Assembly: GCA_951406725.2 (NCBI GenBank)
Contig: OX597818.1
Location: 79,112,001 to 79,176,000 of the forward strand
DNA: 64,000 nucleotides
Reading direction: 5' to 3'
From: Octopus vulgaris
Taxonomy: Eukaryota
The position numbers and the translations under genes were made by a program. The notes under the pieces are model-generated. The model was not told where the DNA came from. It saw only the letters and a program-made list of their open reading frames with translations, and ran no database searches. The first letter of the stretch is position 1; each line of letters begins with the position of its first letter. Positions 38,901-52,944 of the stretch are shown here, piece after piece.

Positions 38901-40776
38901 CTACCTATGTATTTGCGCTCTCGATTTTCTCACTTTTTATATAGAGTCACATTCAGTATGTGGCAGCTACTAAGTGAGAAAGAGAGTGAACTACTCCAAT
39001 ATTCAGCTAGTATCTCTTGTTTGTGTGTTTTCCTTAGAATATAGTGTGCAAAGTGAAATCTCCATTCACGGCTTAATAAATTAATATATTAAAACAGCGT
39101 AAAATGAAGTGTCTTACTCAGGAATACAAACCGCCGCTTGGTCCAGGACATTCTGATTGTTAATCAGACATCCTAACCACTAAGACACAAGCCTTCACTA
39201 CGCAGCCATCTGAAAGGAGAAAAAGAGAAGGAAAATAAATAATCAGATACAGCAACAAAGAATCAGGAAGGAGACATTTTGGAGAAAGGTTATATATACT
39301 AAGATGTGTGAAAGCGAATGAAAAAAGCGTAAAGATTATCATTATGTACGAATGACAGAGAGGAGAATGAATAAAGAACTTTACAAAACGTGGAAAGAAA
39401 GAAGCAGGCAAGAAGCCATATAAAGAAAGGTTATATATACATATTATGTATCAGTATATAACAGGAGAAAGTATAAGGTTTATGATTATAGAAATACTTA
39501 CAACTTGCAAATAGGAGAGAGGAGAAGACGAAAGTTTGTGAAATGTTAAACAATAAAGGAAAACGAGTAAGTTAGAGTAATAAAGAAAGAGGGATAAAAA
39601 AAGAGAAAAGAATATATAATGAAATAAGCAATAGTGAGATGAGACTACACACATACGCACACACATACACATATATGTAAATATATATGTAATACATTGT
39701 ATGTATCTTTGTATGTAGTTATTCTAAAGCCACACTCACATATATATTTGTATATGTACACACAACTACATATATGTACATGTGTATATATTCATATATA
39801 TATATATAGACACATGTAGTTACATACAGTACTTATGTGCGGGCGTATGCATACACACATACATATACATACTCACAAACATACACACACATATATATAT
39901 ATATATATATGAAACAGAAAACTTTTGAGGATATATCAGCAACCCAACTTATATTCACACAGTAAAAGAGTGAAGAGTGAAGAAAGCGTTTAATGGGGTG
40001 GGGGGGAGAACTCGATAATGAGGAAATAATATTTCTTGGACAACAACTTCACCGATATCTCCAGGGCTCGAATATATGGCTTTAGAACAAATTATTGAAG
40101 GGTTTTGAGAAAGTGCTGTTTGAGATGATAAGAAAGAACAGCTCATAGCAGAGGATAAGAGAGATACTATTCTCAAAAGAATACCTTTCAAGAAAGTCTA
40201 AAAATATAGAAAAATACTAAAATATTTTTCGGGAAATATTTATTCATACTTACACGACAATATATCGCAAATCCATACAAAATAGCTTGAAAGATATCGA
40301 AAAGTTTCTTGAAGTTTCTATTAATGTACTTCTCAACTGACCATAGGTATCAGAAAATATTTACCAAAATGGCTATGCATGTTAGCTCTATCTATTTTAA
40401 AAATGAGTATGAACAGAGTGGTTTCTGCAATGGACTATAATATATACCGGCACCCTACATTGGATACGTCTGACAGCTCACAGCAAATGAAAATCGTTCC
40501 ATACCAAATGTATACATTCAATGTGATATAGCCTAAAAGAGCATAGTATGTTAGTAAATTCTGAGTTATGACGGAGTTAAATCATCAGTTGTTTCCAAAA
40601 AATAAAAAAAAAGGCATGAACACTTGTAGATATATTATGTGCATAGTCCTTAGTTTGTTGCTTAATACACGAACGCACACGCGCGCGTGCATGCACGCAT
40701 ACATACTCTCTCTCTCTCACACACACATGCATACGTGTGTGTGTGTGTCGGTCTGTTTGTACATATACATACACCC

Positions 40777-40819
<43 letters not shown>

Positions 40820-40996
40820 CATGTAAATATATATATATATAATTATATAAATATATATATATATATATATAATTATATAAATATATATATGTATATATAT
40901 ATATATAAATATATATGTATATACATATATACTTATATATAAATATATCTAAGTATATATATATATATATATCTAAGTATACACACACACACACAC

Positions 40997-41043
<47 letters not shown>

Positions 41044-41189
41044 GTCTATTTATAAAAATATTACTTATATATGTAAGAATATATATATATTCTCTCCGCA
41101 GTAAGTATTTTATTGCAAAATAAATATTTATAAGATGGTATAAAGACTAGAAAAGAATATGTTAGACTTTACAAGACTTTAAAAAAACA

Positions 41190-42154
41190 TTATAAGTTGT
41201 GTTGAAAGTGTTGTCCTTCATTTTCAATATATAAGTTGACTCTTCTACACATGTTTTGAAATACATATTTGAGAGCCTGACGCGGTATGGACCGTGGGAA
41301 GGTTATGATTGCGTCTTTTAGCTCATTAATAGTTTTCGGTCGATTCTTGTATACTGATCCTTTTATTTGCTCCCCAGACAAAAAAAAAAGCTCTTGCGGT
41401 GTTAAATCAGGTGATCTTGGTGGCCAAAGTTACTTCGAAATAATCCGTTCACCGAAAAACTCTTGGTGATGTGCCAAGTATGTGCTGTAGCTCCAACTTG
41501 CCAAAAGTATTCATGATTTAATTTCACTTTCAGTGAGTTGGCCTACAAATGGACAGAAAATATTTGAGCAATATCTCTGTGTTGATGGTGTCTTAAAAAA
41601 ATATCGGTCCCAGAATACGTTTTCTCGAAACTGCTTGCATACTCTAACTTTTTCGGGTTGCAGTGGTTGCTCATGCGTCGCGTGTGGATTCTCACTTCTC
41701 CATAACCTTGTGTTTTGCGAATTTATGTGTCCCGACAGATGAAACCAAGCCCCATCGGTGTAAAAACACCCGTCCAGCACTTCTATGCCTTTTTCGGCAA
41801 CACAGTTTTGGAACCAATGACAATAATGAAGCCTTTTAGCATGATCCATAGTCTTCAATTCTTTTGTTTGGAAAGAAATTTAATTTCTGTTTTGCTGACA
41901 TGTGAGCACTTCCTAGGTTGATTTCCGTTTCCTGTGACAATTTGTATGAGGACTTTGACAGGCTTGCCAACAGTTTATCAGAAATATTGGAAAGTGTTTC
42001 ATCTGAAAGAGCAGTAGGCCTACAGCTTCTTGCTGCGTCTTCCACTGAGCCTGTGTTTCTAAATTTTCTGACCAAATACCGCAGTGTCACGATGTGCAAC
42101 AACAGAATCTGGAAAAGTTTCCACTAAAAACGCACGTTCTTCAATGGTTAGCAT
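41190..42154 (-). pseudogene. Decayed Tc1/mariner-superfamily transposase
   Basis: MLTIEERAFLVE, KFRNTGSV, FYTDGAWFHLSGHINSQN, WPPRSPDLTP and GQHFQHNL* motifs across frameshifts. Confidence 0.9.
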
Positions 42155-42474
42155 GTCGACACGCTGAAGGGTACAAAATGACTGAGTGGCAATGTCTGAC
42201 ACCCGACCGTCTACGCAGCGATAGCCATGTTGCGCCTGCGCAGGATGAAAAAATTCACTGCGGAGAGACTTTGTGAACACCTTGAAAAAAATCTATCAGA
42301 AAGGAACTCTATCTCTCTTAAAAATATATCTTTTGATAAGCATAACAAATGCGCAACCGGTAAAAAGAACTTTCACCTAATTAAATACACTCTCCCTTAC
42401 TTAAATCATTTTGTCAGCATTTTCTTCATTTCCTTTTTTTATATATCACAACTCGTGTTCCACATCTCCTTTTT

Positions 42475-42512
<38 letters not shown>

Positions 42513-42514
<2 letters not shown>

Positions 42515-42677
42515 CGCAGGAGTGGCTGTGTGGTAAGTAGCTTGCTAACCAACCACATGGTTCCGGGTTCAGTCCCACTGCGTGGCACCTTGGTCAAGTG
42601 TCTTCTGCTATAGCCTCGGGCCGACCAATACCTTGTGAGTGGATTTGGTAGACGGAAACTGAAAGAAGCCCGTCGTA

Positions 42678-42714
<37 letters not shown>

Positions 42715-42937
42715 CTACGTGTATGTTTGTGTGTCTGTGTTTGTCCCCCTAGCATTGCTTGACAACCAATGCTGGTGTGTTTACGTCCCCGTTACTTAGC
42801 GGTTCGGCAAAAGAGATCGATAGAATAAGTACTGGACTTACAAAAGAATAAGTCCCGGGGTCGAGTTGCTCGATTAAAGGTGGTGCTCCAGCATGGCCGC
42901 AGTCAAATGACTGAAACAAGTAAAAGAGTAAAAGAGT
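42513..42937 (+). mobile_element. tRNA-derived SINE family B, full length with internal microsatellite
   Basis: A-box TGGCTGTGTGG, B-box GGTTCAGTCCC, internal (TA)/(TG) tract, (GTAAAAGA)n tail. Confidence 0.92.
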
Positions 42938-44637
42938 ATATATGTATATATATATAAAAAGAGAGAGAGAGAGAGGAGAGACAATTACTCTCTATATAAA
43001 AATTATTACTGTTTAATTCTTATGTATTAACTATGTATGTATGTATATGTATATATATATGTATATACATACATACATACATACTTACATACATACATAC
43101 ATAAATACTTACATAAATACATAGTTAAAATATAAGAAGCAAGCAGTAATTATTTTGTTATTGTACGTTTTATGCCTTCATTAATGTGTTTATATTTACA
43201 ACATATTGCCAAGATTTTATATACAATATATCCTACTCTTTTTCTAAGTCGCACACTTACGGCAATGATTTTCTTATATTAAATGCTGCACACATAGTTT
43301 ATGATTCTCAGTTATTTTCAATATCACCCTTCTATATAATTTATATATTTTATGATTTATCTCCTGCTCTTTATACTTGGAAAGATCTTTTAATTCTTTG
43401 AAGGAAATCTAATATCTTCTAGGATTTAAATGCTGGGAGAGTCAATCATGTTGCTTCTGCATCTAGTAGTAATACATACGTTCATGTTTAACTCTGCTCC
43501 TCAGTCAATATATCAAGAAATTATTTATCATTTTTATTGAGGATTGTTTTCCATTTCTCACAGCTTGTTTCTGTATCATGTTTGTAGCATTGACACAGCT
43601 ATGATTTTGTAACATTCACTTATAACATAATCAGGTTTTGCTTTGATATGAGTATGACGTACATTCTCAGCATATCGTTCTGAACTCTGAGAAGAACTGT
43701 TGAAAATATTGACATTATATGTTGGCTTGTTGAATCGTAATAAAGCATTAGCCATGAATATAGTATCCGCTATTGTATTATTTCTATCTTCCCCATTTTG
43801 TTTTGTTTTCCAGTAATGCATTTGTTTGATTTTGAAAGATATTCTTCCTTATCAGTTCGACATCTGAACACTTTGTGATAGACTTCTTGTTAACTATGTA
43901 TTTATGTAAAAGTACAGTAGTGATTTTCACAACCGTTTTCTATTTTTAGTTAGTTTATTCCGCCCACTGACCATAGTAAATATAACATTTCAATAGCTGA
44001 TTTTTGGCAGTATCCTCTCAGTCCTCTCATTAATCTTCTTATATTTCATTCTAGTCATTTTAATTCGTTCGCTTCTCAGATAATCACATTAAAACAATCT
44101 ATAACTTGTTGCGGTTAATGTTTTAGAAATGTTTCAAAACTTGTTTTTAGCATTTAGAGTAAAACGATCGAATACGTCAATAGTATACTTGTTCAACCTT
44201 TCTCTTTTTACATGTAGAGTGGAGTCAATACGACGGTTCCTAAAAGCGCTTGTGGTGTTGAGGTATCAGACAATATATATTTTCATTTTGTTCATCTTAA
44301 ACAAATCAGAATAATAGAGCCAGTTTTACCCAGTTTTTGTCTATGTCGTAGCCATATCGCGGACTGAATTACAAATTTCAGCGGCCAAATATAACTTCAC
44401 ATGAAACTTTAGCAATGCATTGAACAAGCCAACTCAAGAGTGTCTTCGTAAGGACGTATCGCACCGCTAGTAATAAGCCACAAACTCTTGACTCTTCAGT
44501 CTGTAAGTTGGCTCTTTCCCAGCACTATAAACGCTGTAAACCCTTGTGTTGTTTTTCTTTGTTCCTAAATATGTATGCTTTTCTTTCTATTTTTTTCGTA
44601 TTTCAGCCAGCTGATAATATAAACAATTTATATGTAC

Positions 44638-44672
<35 letters not shown>

Positions 44673-45578
44673 ATGTGTGTGTGTGCATGTGTGTGTGTGC
44701 ATGCATGTGCATGCATGTGTGTGTGTGTGAATATACTTCTGCACTCACTGTTGCAGTTGATCAAAACAAGTTGAATATCTGAATGGTTACGCAACACAGA
44801 CCTTTGCTATTCATCCATCCTACAGCCACAATATGTAAATACAATCTGGACCAGCACGTTAGAACTAAATAGATTATAAGTAGTAGATATATATTTGGAT
44901 TTTCACTAAAATATTCTACCATTCATGAAAATCTGTTAAACATTTCTTTATCATATTTCTTTATATTTAGATACATTATTGATCTCCAACTCGTTGCAGT
45001 AGATTTGATCCGCTCCTCTGGTTCTAATGTTTATAGTTATATTTGTTAGGTTCTATGAGTCGAGACCTCTCTCGAGTTTAATTCAGTTTCTGTTCTAGAT
45101 ATCTTTGCTCGTAGATTTGTTTCTTAGTAAGAATCCTAACATTAAAACCTCTCTTTTACTTGTATAGAATATATCATTCCCATGTAGTTTTATTTGATTG
45201 AATATATTATACAAAACGTTAACAAGCAGACGATGTTTATGTAAATTTAAGTCTTGGAAAATTAAATAATGAGCTGCTAAAGGAATTTAGAAATCTATCG
45301 TGATATAACGTTTAACTCTGAGGAAAGTATTTTGGTATCTTGAAATGCAATAATATAGTAAAATGAACGATTAATGTAATATTTATTATGATTATGTTAA
45401 AGTAACCCAATTTGTATTATGTGTTTCCCTTGCACTAACATTAGCGGCTCTGTGGGACTTGGCTATGTACAGTATTTTATATTGCTTTAATGTTTTGTAT
45501 TGCATTGTTTTGTATGTAATATATGTTTCTGGACAAGAAGCGACAAATTTGTCTGTATATTTGTAGCTCCTCATATAA

Positions 45579-46430
45579 ATGACAATGACTAAACAAAATA
45601 TTGCGAACAACGGTGGTAACGAAACTGAAGCCATTGATGGTGACAGTGTGGCACCCGGCAGGCTCAGGGATTCTGCTCCGGCTCCAGCCTGTCGATATCC
45701 AGAAAGGGACCACCACACACGGCGTAGATGGAGCAAGCAAATTAATGCTGTGGTCATGGCGTTTTGCTACATGAGCAACCTAGTAGATGAAAATGGTGCT
45801 CAAATTAGGGGTTACCGACAACGTATGTATGATCATTGTAGAGAAAAGGGATTGTTTCAACTCACGCAACAGAGATTATGTGATGAAGCTAGAGCAATAA
45901 GAAAAAATCGTTGGTTCACTGAAGTAGAGCTCGAAGCTATCAAAAGTCTTGGAAAATAGCTATAGAGTTAACGATGAAAATACAGTTCTTAATAAAAGTA
46001 GTTTCAGAGCACAGGAAAGAAGCAGTGTTAGTTTACTTCATGAGAGACATATTGATCTAAAAGAAGCTAATAAAACTAATGTCGACATGACAGATGAACA
46101 AAAGGCAATCTACGACAGAATAAATCAAGACTACAGGAGAACGACAGCGACATTATTTGCAACCTTAAGAAGGTTGAACCAAGAAACGAAATTGTTGATC
46201 ACATCAGAACAAACAACATCACAGAAACAAACATGTTGATCCAGACAGCAAGTATCGTTGTAGCAGAAAATGTGGGTGTTGATGTCAACAAAAAGAAATA
46301 TAATGGGAGTGACAAAAGAAAAAATCCATGGTGGAAAAGAAGAATACAAGCAAGGTTAGATATGCTCTTGGAGAAAATTTCTGTGTTAGACTGAAAAGGG
46401 AAAGCGGAGCTTAAAAGCGAACAAAAATAG
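45579..46430 (+). pseudogene. R4/Dong-like non-LTR retrotransposon N-terminal fragment
   Basis: RRRWSKQIN..RGYRQRMY..QQRLCDEARAIRKNRWFTEVELEAIK and PWWKRRIQ are typical of the R4/Dong ORF N-terminus (recalled). Confidence 0.75.
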
Positions 46431-46434
46431 TAGT

Positions 46435-46790
46435 AACCTTTCATTCTTTGCTTGTATCTTACCATCTTTGCTTTCCTTGCAACGAGGCGCTGCTTCAGTT
46501 CCTACATTACCACTTTCAGGCTCTTTCTTTCAATATTATACTTCCTTTTCTGTGCCCTGTATCTTTGTTTGCTTTTAAGCTCCGCTTTCCCTTTTCGGTC
46601 TAACACAGAAATTTCCTTCGAGAGCATATCTAAACCTGCTTGTATTCTTCTTTTCCACCATGGATCTTTTCTTTTGTCACTCCCATTACACTTCTTTTTC
46701 TTGTCATCAGTACCCACATTTTCTGCTACAGCAATACTTGCTGCCTTGATCAAGTTATTTGTTTCTGTGATGTTGTTTGTTCTGTGGGAT
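46435..46790 (-). pseudogene. Second R4/Dong-like fragment, inverted
   Basis: NNITETNNLIKAASIAVAENVG..DPWWKRRIQ, homologous to ~46205-46430 in the opposite orientation. Confidence 0.75.
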
Positions 46791-46974
46791 AAAGTTAAAA
46801 TAATAGATAGAGAACACCACTGGAAAATACGGAAACTAAAAGACGGCAGCACATATGCTAGGACACAATAACCTTCTAAGCAGACCTGGTGTAGATATGA
46901 GTAGAATATGGGAACCGATATTAAGGAAGGGTACAAAAATTTTATGTCCTAAAATTCACTCTATAATTGCCCAC

Positions 46975-47145
46975 GGGCATATAGCGTAATGGTGAAGAGC
47001 GCGGGCTACTAACCCCAAGATTACAAGTTCAATTCCAGACAGTGCTTTGAATAACAACAGCAAAAAATTAACCAAGTGGTGGGACACCTGATGAAGACTG
47101 GAGAGTAAATCAGCCGAAAAGTTGTGCTATCAAAAAACAAGATGC
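46975..47145 (+). mobile_element. tRNA-headed SINE with hammerhead-containing tail (family E)
   Basis: A-box TAGCGTAATGG, B-box GTTCAATTCC, then GACAC-CTGATGA-AGACTG..CAGCC-GAAA-AG-TT-GTGCT at 47083-47128. Confidence 0.75.
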
Positions 47146-48439
47146 GTGTGTGCCTATGCATGTATGTAATTATGTGTGTTTGTATATGTGTGTGTATGTG
47201 TGTGCATCTGTATGTATATATTCTGCATATTCATGTGCTTGCATGTCCGTGTTATTATTATTATTATTAATAATAATAATAATAATAATCTGCCAGCTCA
47301 CCTTCAGGCGTGAGCTGGCAGATTTGTTAGTACGCCGGACAAAATATTTAGCGGCAATTCGTCCACGTCCGTACGTTTCTGATTTCTACTACTACTACTA
47401 CCACTACTGCTGCTGCTGCTGCTACTCCTACTACTACTAATTCTACCACCACCACAAACACCACCACTACTACCACCACCACCACCACCACTACTATTAC
47501 TACTACTACTGTCTCCGTCATCATTCTCATCACCAATTAATGAAGAAGCCAGACGAAGAAGTTATGAATAAATCTAACTCAATAAGAATTAACATTTAAA
47601 AGTGCAACTGTCAATATATATCGCAACGAAGGCTGTCTAGCGTCTGAATACTATAATTGAAAGCATAGAAAATAATGTTAAGAAATGATACTTTACACAC
47701 GTTTACTAAAAATGATGTTCTTATATTCTATCATCAGATTGGAATTTCAAGGATACATAAAGAGAAATAAATTTGCCCATAATTTCAACACAACTTCAGA
47801 ACATTGACACATCATTATACCGGCAGACAAAATAAAGAGCCAAATAAGTCGTTGCCATTTGTTCTTTTTCTCTTAATTGTTAATCCTATATAATAGCTCT
47901 GTATATCCGCACCAATGTCAAAATATGTGGTCTAGTTGATGTGATGTTGAACCTTGCGATCATTATGTTGAAGTTTGAATTCCTGCAGCGGACTGCCCAT
48001 GCTTCGTATCCTTGAGCAAAGTACATATTTTCGCGTTGAACCAGTTTACTTAGCTGAAAATGAATACTATACGACTACTGCGCAGAATCTGTCTTCTTCT
48101 TCGATTTTACGCTGGACCAATTGTGGAAGGGCCACATTTACAGAGGCACGTAAAACAATTAGCGAAAGCGTAGTACAAGCTATCATATCGCGCACAGTTG
48201 AGAAAGGCCAGCGACTATAGAGACATCTAAAACAAATGTCGAAACCGCTGCACGAGCGATCATGTCATACTTACATATGAGTATTATTGATTAAGATATT
48301 CACTCCATATACATCCGGATTTGAAATCTGCTATTCTTTGGTGTCTTTTATCCTAGCATTATTATAAAACAATCCCACCTCCATGTCCTGTATTCTCAGT
48401 CTTTGCGAATAATATAACATAATCCAAATGTAAAATTAG

Positions 48440-49530
48440 TTTCAAATTTTGGCATAAGGCCAACAATTTCGGGGGATGAGCTAAGTCGATTACATTGACC
48501 TCAATGCTCAACTGGTACTTATTTTATCGATCCCAAAAGGATGAAAGGTGAAGTCGGCAGAATTATAACTCAGAACGTAAAGGCGGACGAATAGATGCAG
48601 AGCATTTTGCCTGTCGTGCTAACAACTCTGCCAGCTCGCCGCCTTAAAGCGAAAGCATGGTACAAGCTATCATATCACACGGTTGAGAAAGACCAGCGAT
48701 TACAGAGGAACCTAAAACAATGGTCTATAAGATATTGATGAATAACAGGTTTCATCTGTCACCCTGGTAAGCGCTACCATCCACAGTATTGTAAGCATTC
48801 CATCCTGATCTCCATTCAAATGATAACGTCTTTTCTTTTTCCCAACCATACCCGAGCACACTGGAAATGAACACTAAAATACTCTATCCCACACTGGTGA
48901 AGTCACAAAAAGACTATATAATACAACTTGTGTTATATTATACAACGAATAGTTGCATTTAGATTAATAATCTTTTCTACCAAAGGTAAAGGCCAAAAAA
49001 TTGTGTAGGTGCATCGATCCCACAGCTCAAATAATACTTATTTGCTGACCCTGACAAGTAAAGTCAAATTTGGTGGAATTTTTATTCAGGAGGTAATGAG
49101 CCGGAAGAAATGCCGCTAACCATGTTACCCGACGTGATTACGATTCTGCTCACTTGCCACCTCTTCTTATTTAGATTAATAATGGCTACAAATTTCGGCA
49201 CAGGTTTACCAAGTTCGGAGACGGAACAATCTAAAGAATGACGAAATGCCGCCAGGCATTTTTCGCGGCGTGGTAACGATTCTGCCAGCTCGCCGCCTCT
49301 CATTTAGATTAATAATCCTTTCTAATATAGGCACAAGGCCTGAAATGTGGGAGAGGGGATAGTCGATTACATCCACCCGAATACACAATTGGTACTTATT
49401 TTATCGATCCCGAAAGGATGAAAGGTAAAGTCGACCTCGGCGGGATTTGAACTCAGAACGTAAAGACGGACGAAATGCTGCTAAGCATTATATCACGCGC
49501 GGTAACGATTCTACCAGCTCACTGCCTTCA
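48440..49530 (-). mobile_element. Cluster of four SINE family A copies
   Basis: Copies at ~48440-48645, 48970-49165, 49185-49300 and 49315-49528. Confidence 0.85.
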
Positions 49531-50019
49531 TTTAAATTAATAATGACAGACATTATGTTAAGGAATATAGCCAATGGCATCCAGAGAAAAATCATTTGAG
49601 AATGTGACTGACATTTATGTATGCAATATTCAATTTTAGTATCTGTTTATTCGCTTATGCGTACCATAACTTTTGGCAAAATAATCTTCTCTAGTAAAAT
49701 TGATTGGAATAATGTATACACAGAGAAGCTTTTGTCTAAAATAATTGTTAATTTATTTCTAGATCTACAACTCTGAAAACGGAAAAAATGTTGCGGCTTA
49801 TTTTACCGATACTCAAAAGAAAGTTTCATCCTTTCATGAAAAGAACATAATTTGCGATTGTATATATGAAACATTGATTGGAAAAATGAGAAACGTGAAG
49901 AGTTATTAACATAGATGGACATAAGCTGAATACATACTTGAGAAAATAGGAGCAAGGGAATTAAATATGAAAAACTGAAGTTTCTGATAAGACGAAAGAA
50001 AGTGTGTGTTTATGTGTGA

Positions 50020-50059
<40 letters not shown>

Positions 50060-50516
50060 GTGAGTGAGTGAGTGAGTGAGTGAGTGAGTGAGTGAGTGAG
50101 TGAGTGAGTGATTGCTTGAGTGAGTGAGAGAGGCAGGTAGACAGAAAAAGAGTGAGAAAGGACAATGAGGTGGTTGATGGGAGGGTAGTAAGGGAAGGAC
50201 AAGCTAGAGATCATAAAACTCAAGGCTGCTGTAGTAGCAATGTACATTCATTACATATGAGGCGCACGCGTGTGTTTAGGCGTGTAATATGCATATTTCC
50301 TTATATATTTGTACCAGTAGGATTTTTCAGTGTAGCTATGTTAAGACATATGGGATAGCACTGTCTGTTGTGTATAATGTTAAACACAATCACATAAATA
50401 ATACATACATATATGTATATATTTGTGTAAATCCCTATATACATACACACACGCGCGCGTGCACACATACGCGCGTGCACACACACATATAGATACGTAT
50501 CTATGTATATATGGAG

Positions 50517-50561
<45 letters not shown>

Positions 50562-51465
50562 GTTGCTTCTGCACATGTGCAAATCAATGTGGTGCTGGAC
50601 ACCGTAAATGTAAGACGTGTTTTTGAAAGCCGTCTTAAATTGAAGACTTTTGAATACTCAGCCGTAAGGTAAGAATTTTGGGGGTCTAGTGAGGACCTGT
50701 TGTATGTTGCAAATTATTTTTACAAGCAAGAAGTCCTCACTAGACTCTGATCTACCTGAGGCTGAGTGAAAATATTCACTTAATTGTGAAAATTATTGGT
50801 TTGGTGGGCGTATCCTGCCAAACTTTCGTTTGAAAATAGTGTTAAGTTTTGGCTGTAACGGTGAATTGAGAATTCTTCTTGTGGGAGTATCTCGCAAGAA
50901 AATTATAAGAATAAGCCACTTTTGGATTACGTGGCGTTCGACGTGACGCTTGGGCTGAAGGAGCTCAATGAGGATTATAGCTTGGTCCCGGGCGACGCTA
51001 ACACGGAACTCGATTACATTCTGAGGGAGGCGTGGTGGATGGCGGAGAGTGCGGGCACAAGTTATTTTGAGGACGAGTCATAAATTGTGATACGACTTGA
51101 GGGGCCCCGACCTAGAGCTGGTGCATTCCTAAGGGAAGTGTAAGCCAGGTCTGGGAGGAGCGGCTTTGTGTATTGCATTTATATCATATATAATTATTGA
51201 ACTATGTTGTTGTTAGAAATGGACTGTTAAGTCAAAAAATTGAAAAGTTGTAAAAATTGAAAGAGGTTTAATACCTCGTTTTGTATTTGTTTTTAAAAGA
51301 ACTATGTTTTAGAGAAGCAGAAGTCGGCGGGCGCCTTTTGTCTTCTCCCATCCCCATCATCTTTCTTTCATTATCATTCATTTCATTAATGTCCTCGTCC
51401 AGCCCGCAAAGCTAACTTACTCTATGTACTGCCTTTATGGCAAATGTTTTGAAATAAAGTAGATT

Positions 51466-51835
51466 GCTTACCAACCCATAGTTTTGGGTTCAGTCCCACT
51501 GCGTGGCACCTTAGTCAAGTGTCTTCTACTATAGCCTCGGACCGACCAATGTCTTGTAAGTGGATTTGGTAGACGGAAACTGAAAGAAGCCCGTCGTATA
51601 TATGTATATATGTATGTATGTGTGTGTATATGTTTGTGTGTCTGTGTTTGTTCCCTCAACATCGCTTGACAACCGATGCTGGTGTGTTTACGTCCCCGTC
51701 ACATAGCGGTTCGGCAAAAGATTTTGATAGAATAAGTACTAGGCTTACAAAGAATAAGTCTTGGTGTCGATTTGCTCGACTAAAGGCGGTGCTCCAGCAT
51801 GGCCGCAGTCAAATGACTGAAACAAGTAGAATAGA
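51466..51835 (+). mobile_element. SINE family B, 5'-truncated
   Basis: High similarity to 42540-42930. Confidence 0.9.
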
Positions 51836-52944
51836 ATATATATATCTATATATCTAAGTCTCTCTCTCTCTCTCTCTCTCTAATATATATGTACACACAC
51901 AGACAAAGATATGTATGCATATATAAAATGTGGATTTAAACACTGGGAGAGAGCCGGGACTCTTCAATTTCGGCGGGTCCAACTTTCACAGGAAATGAAT
52001 GTCAAAACAAATCACTAAGTTTTCTTCTCAAAGTCCGTCCATTGCATGTAAGTGAAATTGGTAAGTCAGCACATAGAAAGTTTAAATGGATCTCATACAG
52101 AATACTGGATATTCTGTGCGAGGACATAATCTAAATAAAAGCGAAAAAAAAACAAAAACAAAAGTGTCTCAGCAATAAAAGAGGAGAGGAACAGTCATGT
52201 ATATCCACATTGTTTAAGCCAGGCATGGGTATACTAAGCCAGGCAATTTACACATACCTCGTTACACTTACATCTAAGACAGATAAGTAGGCCTGCAATC
52301 AAAGTCAATCATATATTAACAGAAAAGACTTCAAGCGATCAATAGCAAATCGAGGATTAAGTATTTCGTTTCCATAAAATAATTTTTCTTGAAAATAATA
52401 TTTCACTTACATAGTAACGGAGAAGCTTCACAAATGCTTCAGAAAATAATAGTTTGCAAAGGAATTGTGTAAGACATGAATCCCTCTAAACTTCAAACAA
52501 TCATGTGGTTATAGTTGAGCTTACACATCTACTTTCACTTTCGTTCATTAAAATGGCGTCTGCTTATATAACAGTTCAAATCATTTTGTGAGGGAAGATG
52601 GCATTTTGGTTTGCAATTAAAATGTTAGTGAGGTCCTTTAGTTTATTTTTAGATTTGGACTTTTTTCCTATTTTTTGTTTCCTTTTTATTTTGTTAAATC
52701 TACCTCTTTACGACTAGGAACTTATGGTAATTACACCTAAGCTGAAATAAGATCTAATGAACAAGAGTTAGCTGAAAATTGCTGGTCACAAACAACCTGA
52801 AAGCTATAGTCTCAGAATAGCACCAGCAAAAGTGACAGGCGCTAAATTAGTATCATCAGTGAAATAGTTTTGTTAAAGTGGAAATGGTTTGGCAAACAGA
52901 ATCAGCCAAATTTATATTTCCATTTAAGCAACAACATGAAAATA

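Noticed and set aside
43576-43821. 81-aa minus-strand ORF as an exon (also candidates near 7315 and 13235)
   Set aside because: No recognisable domain, an in-frame stop just upstream, and no consistent splice chain.
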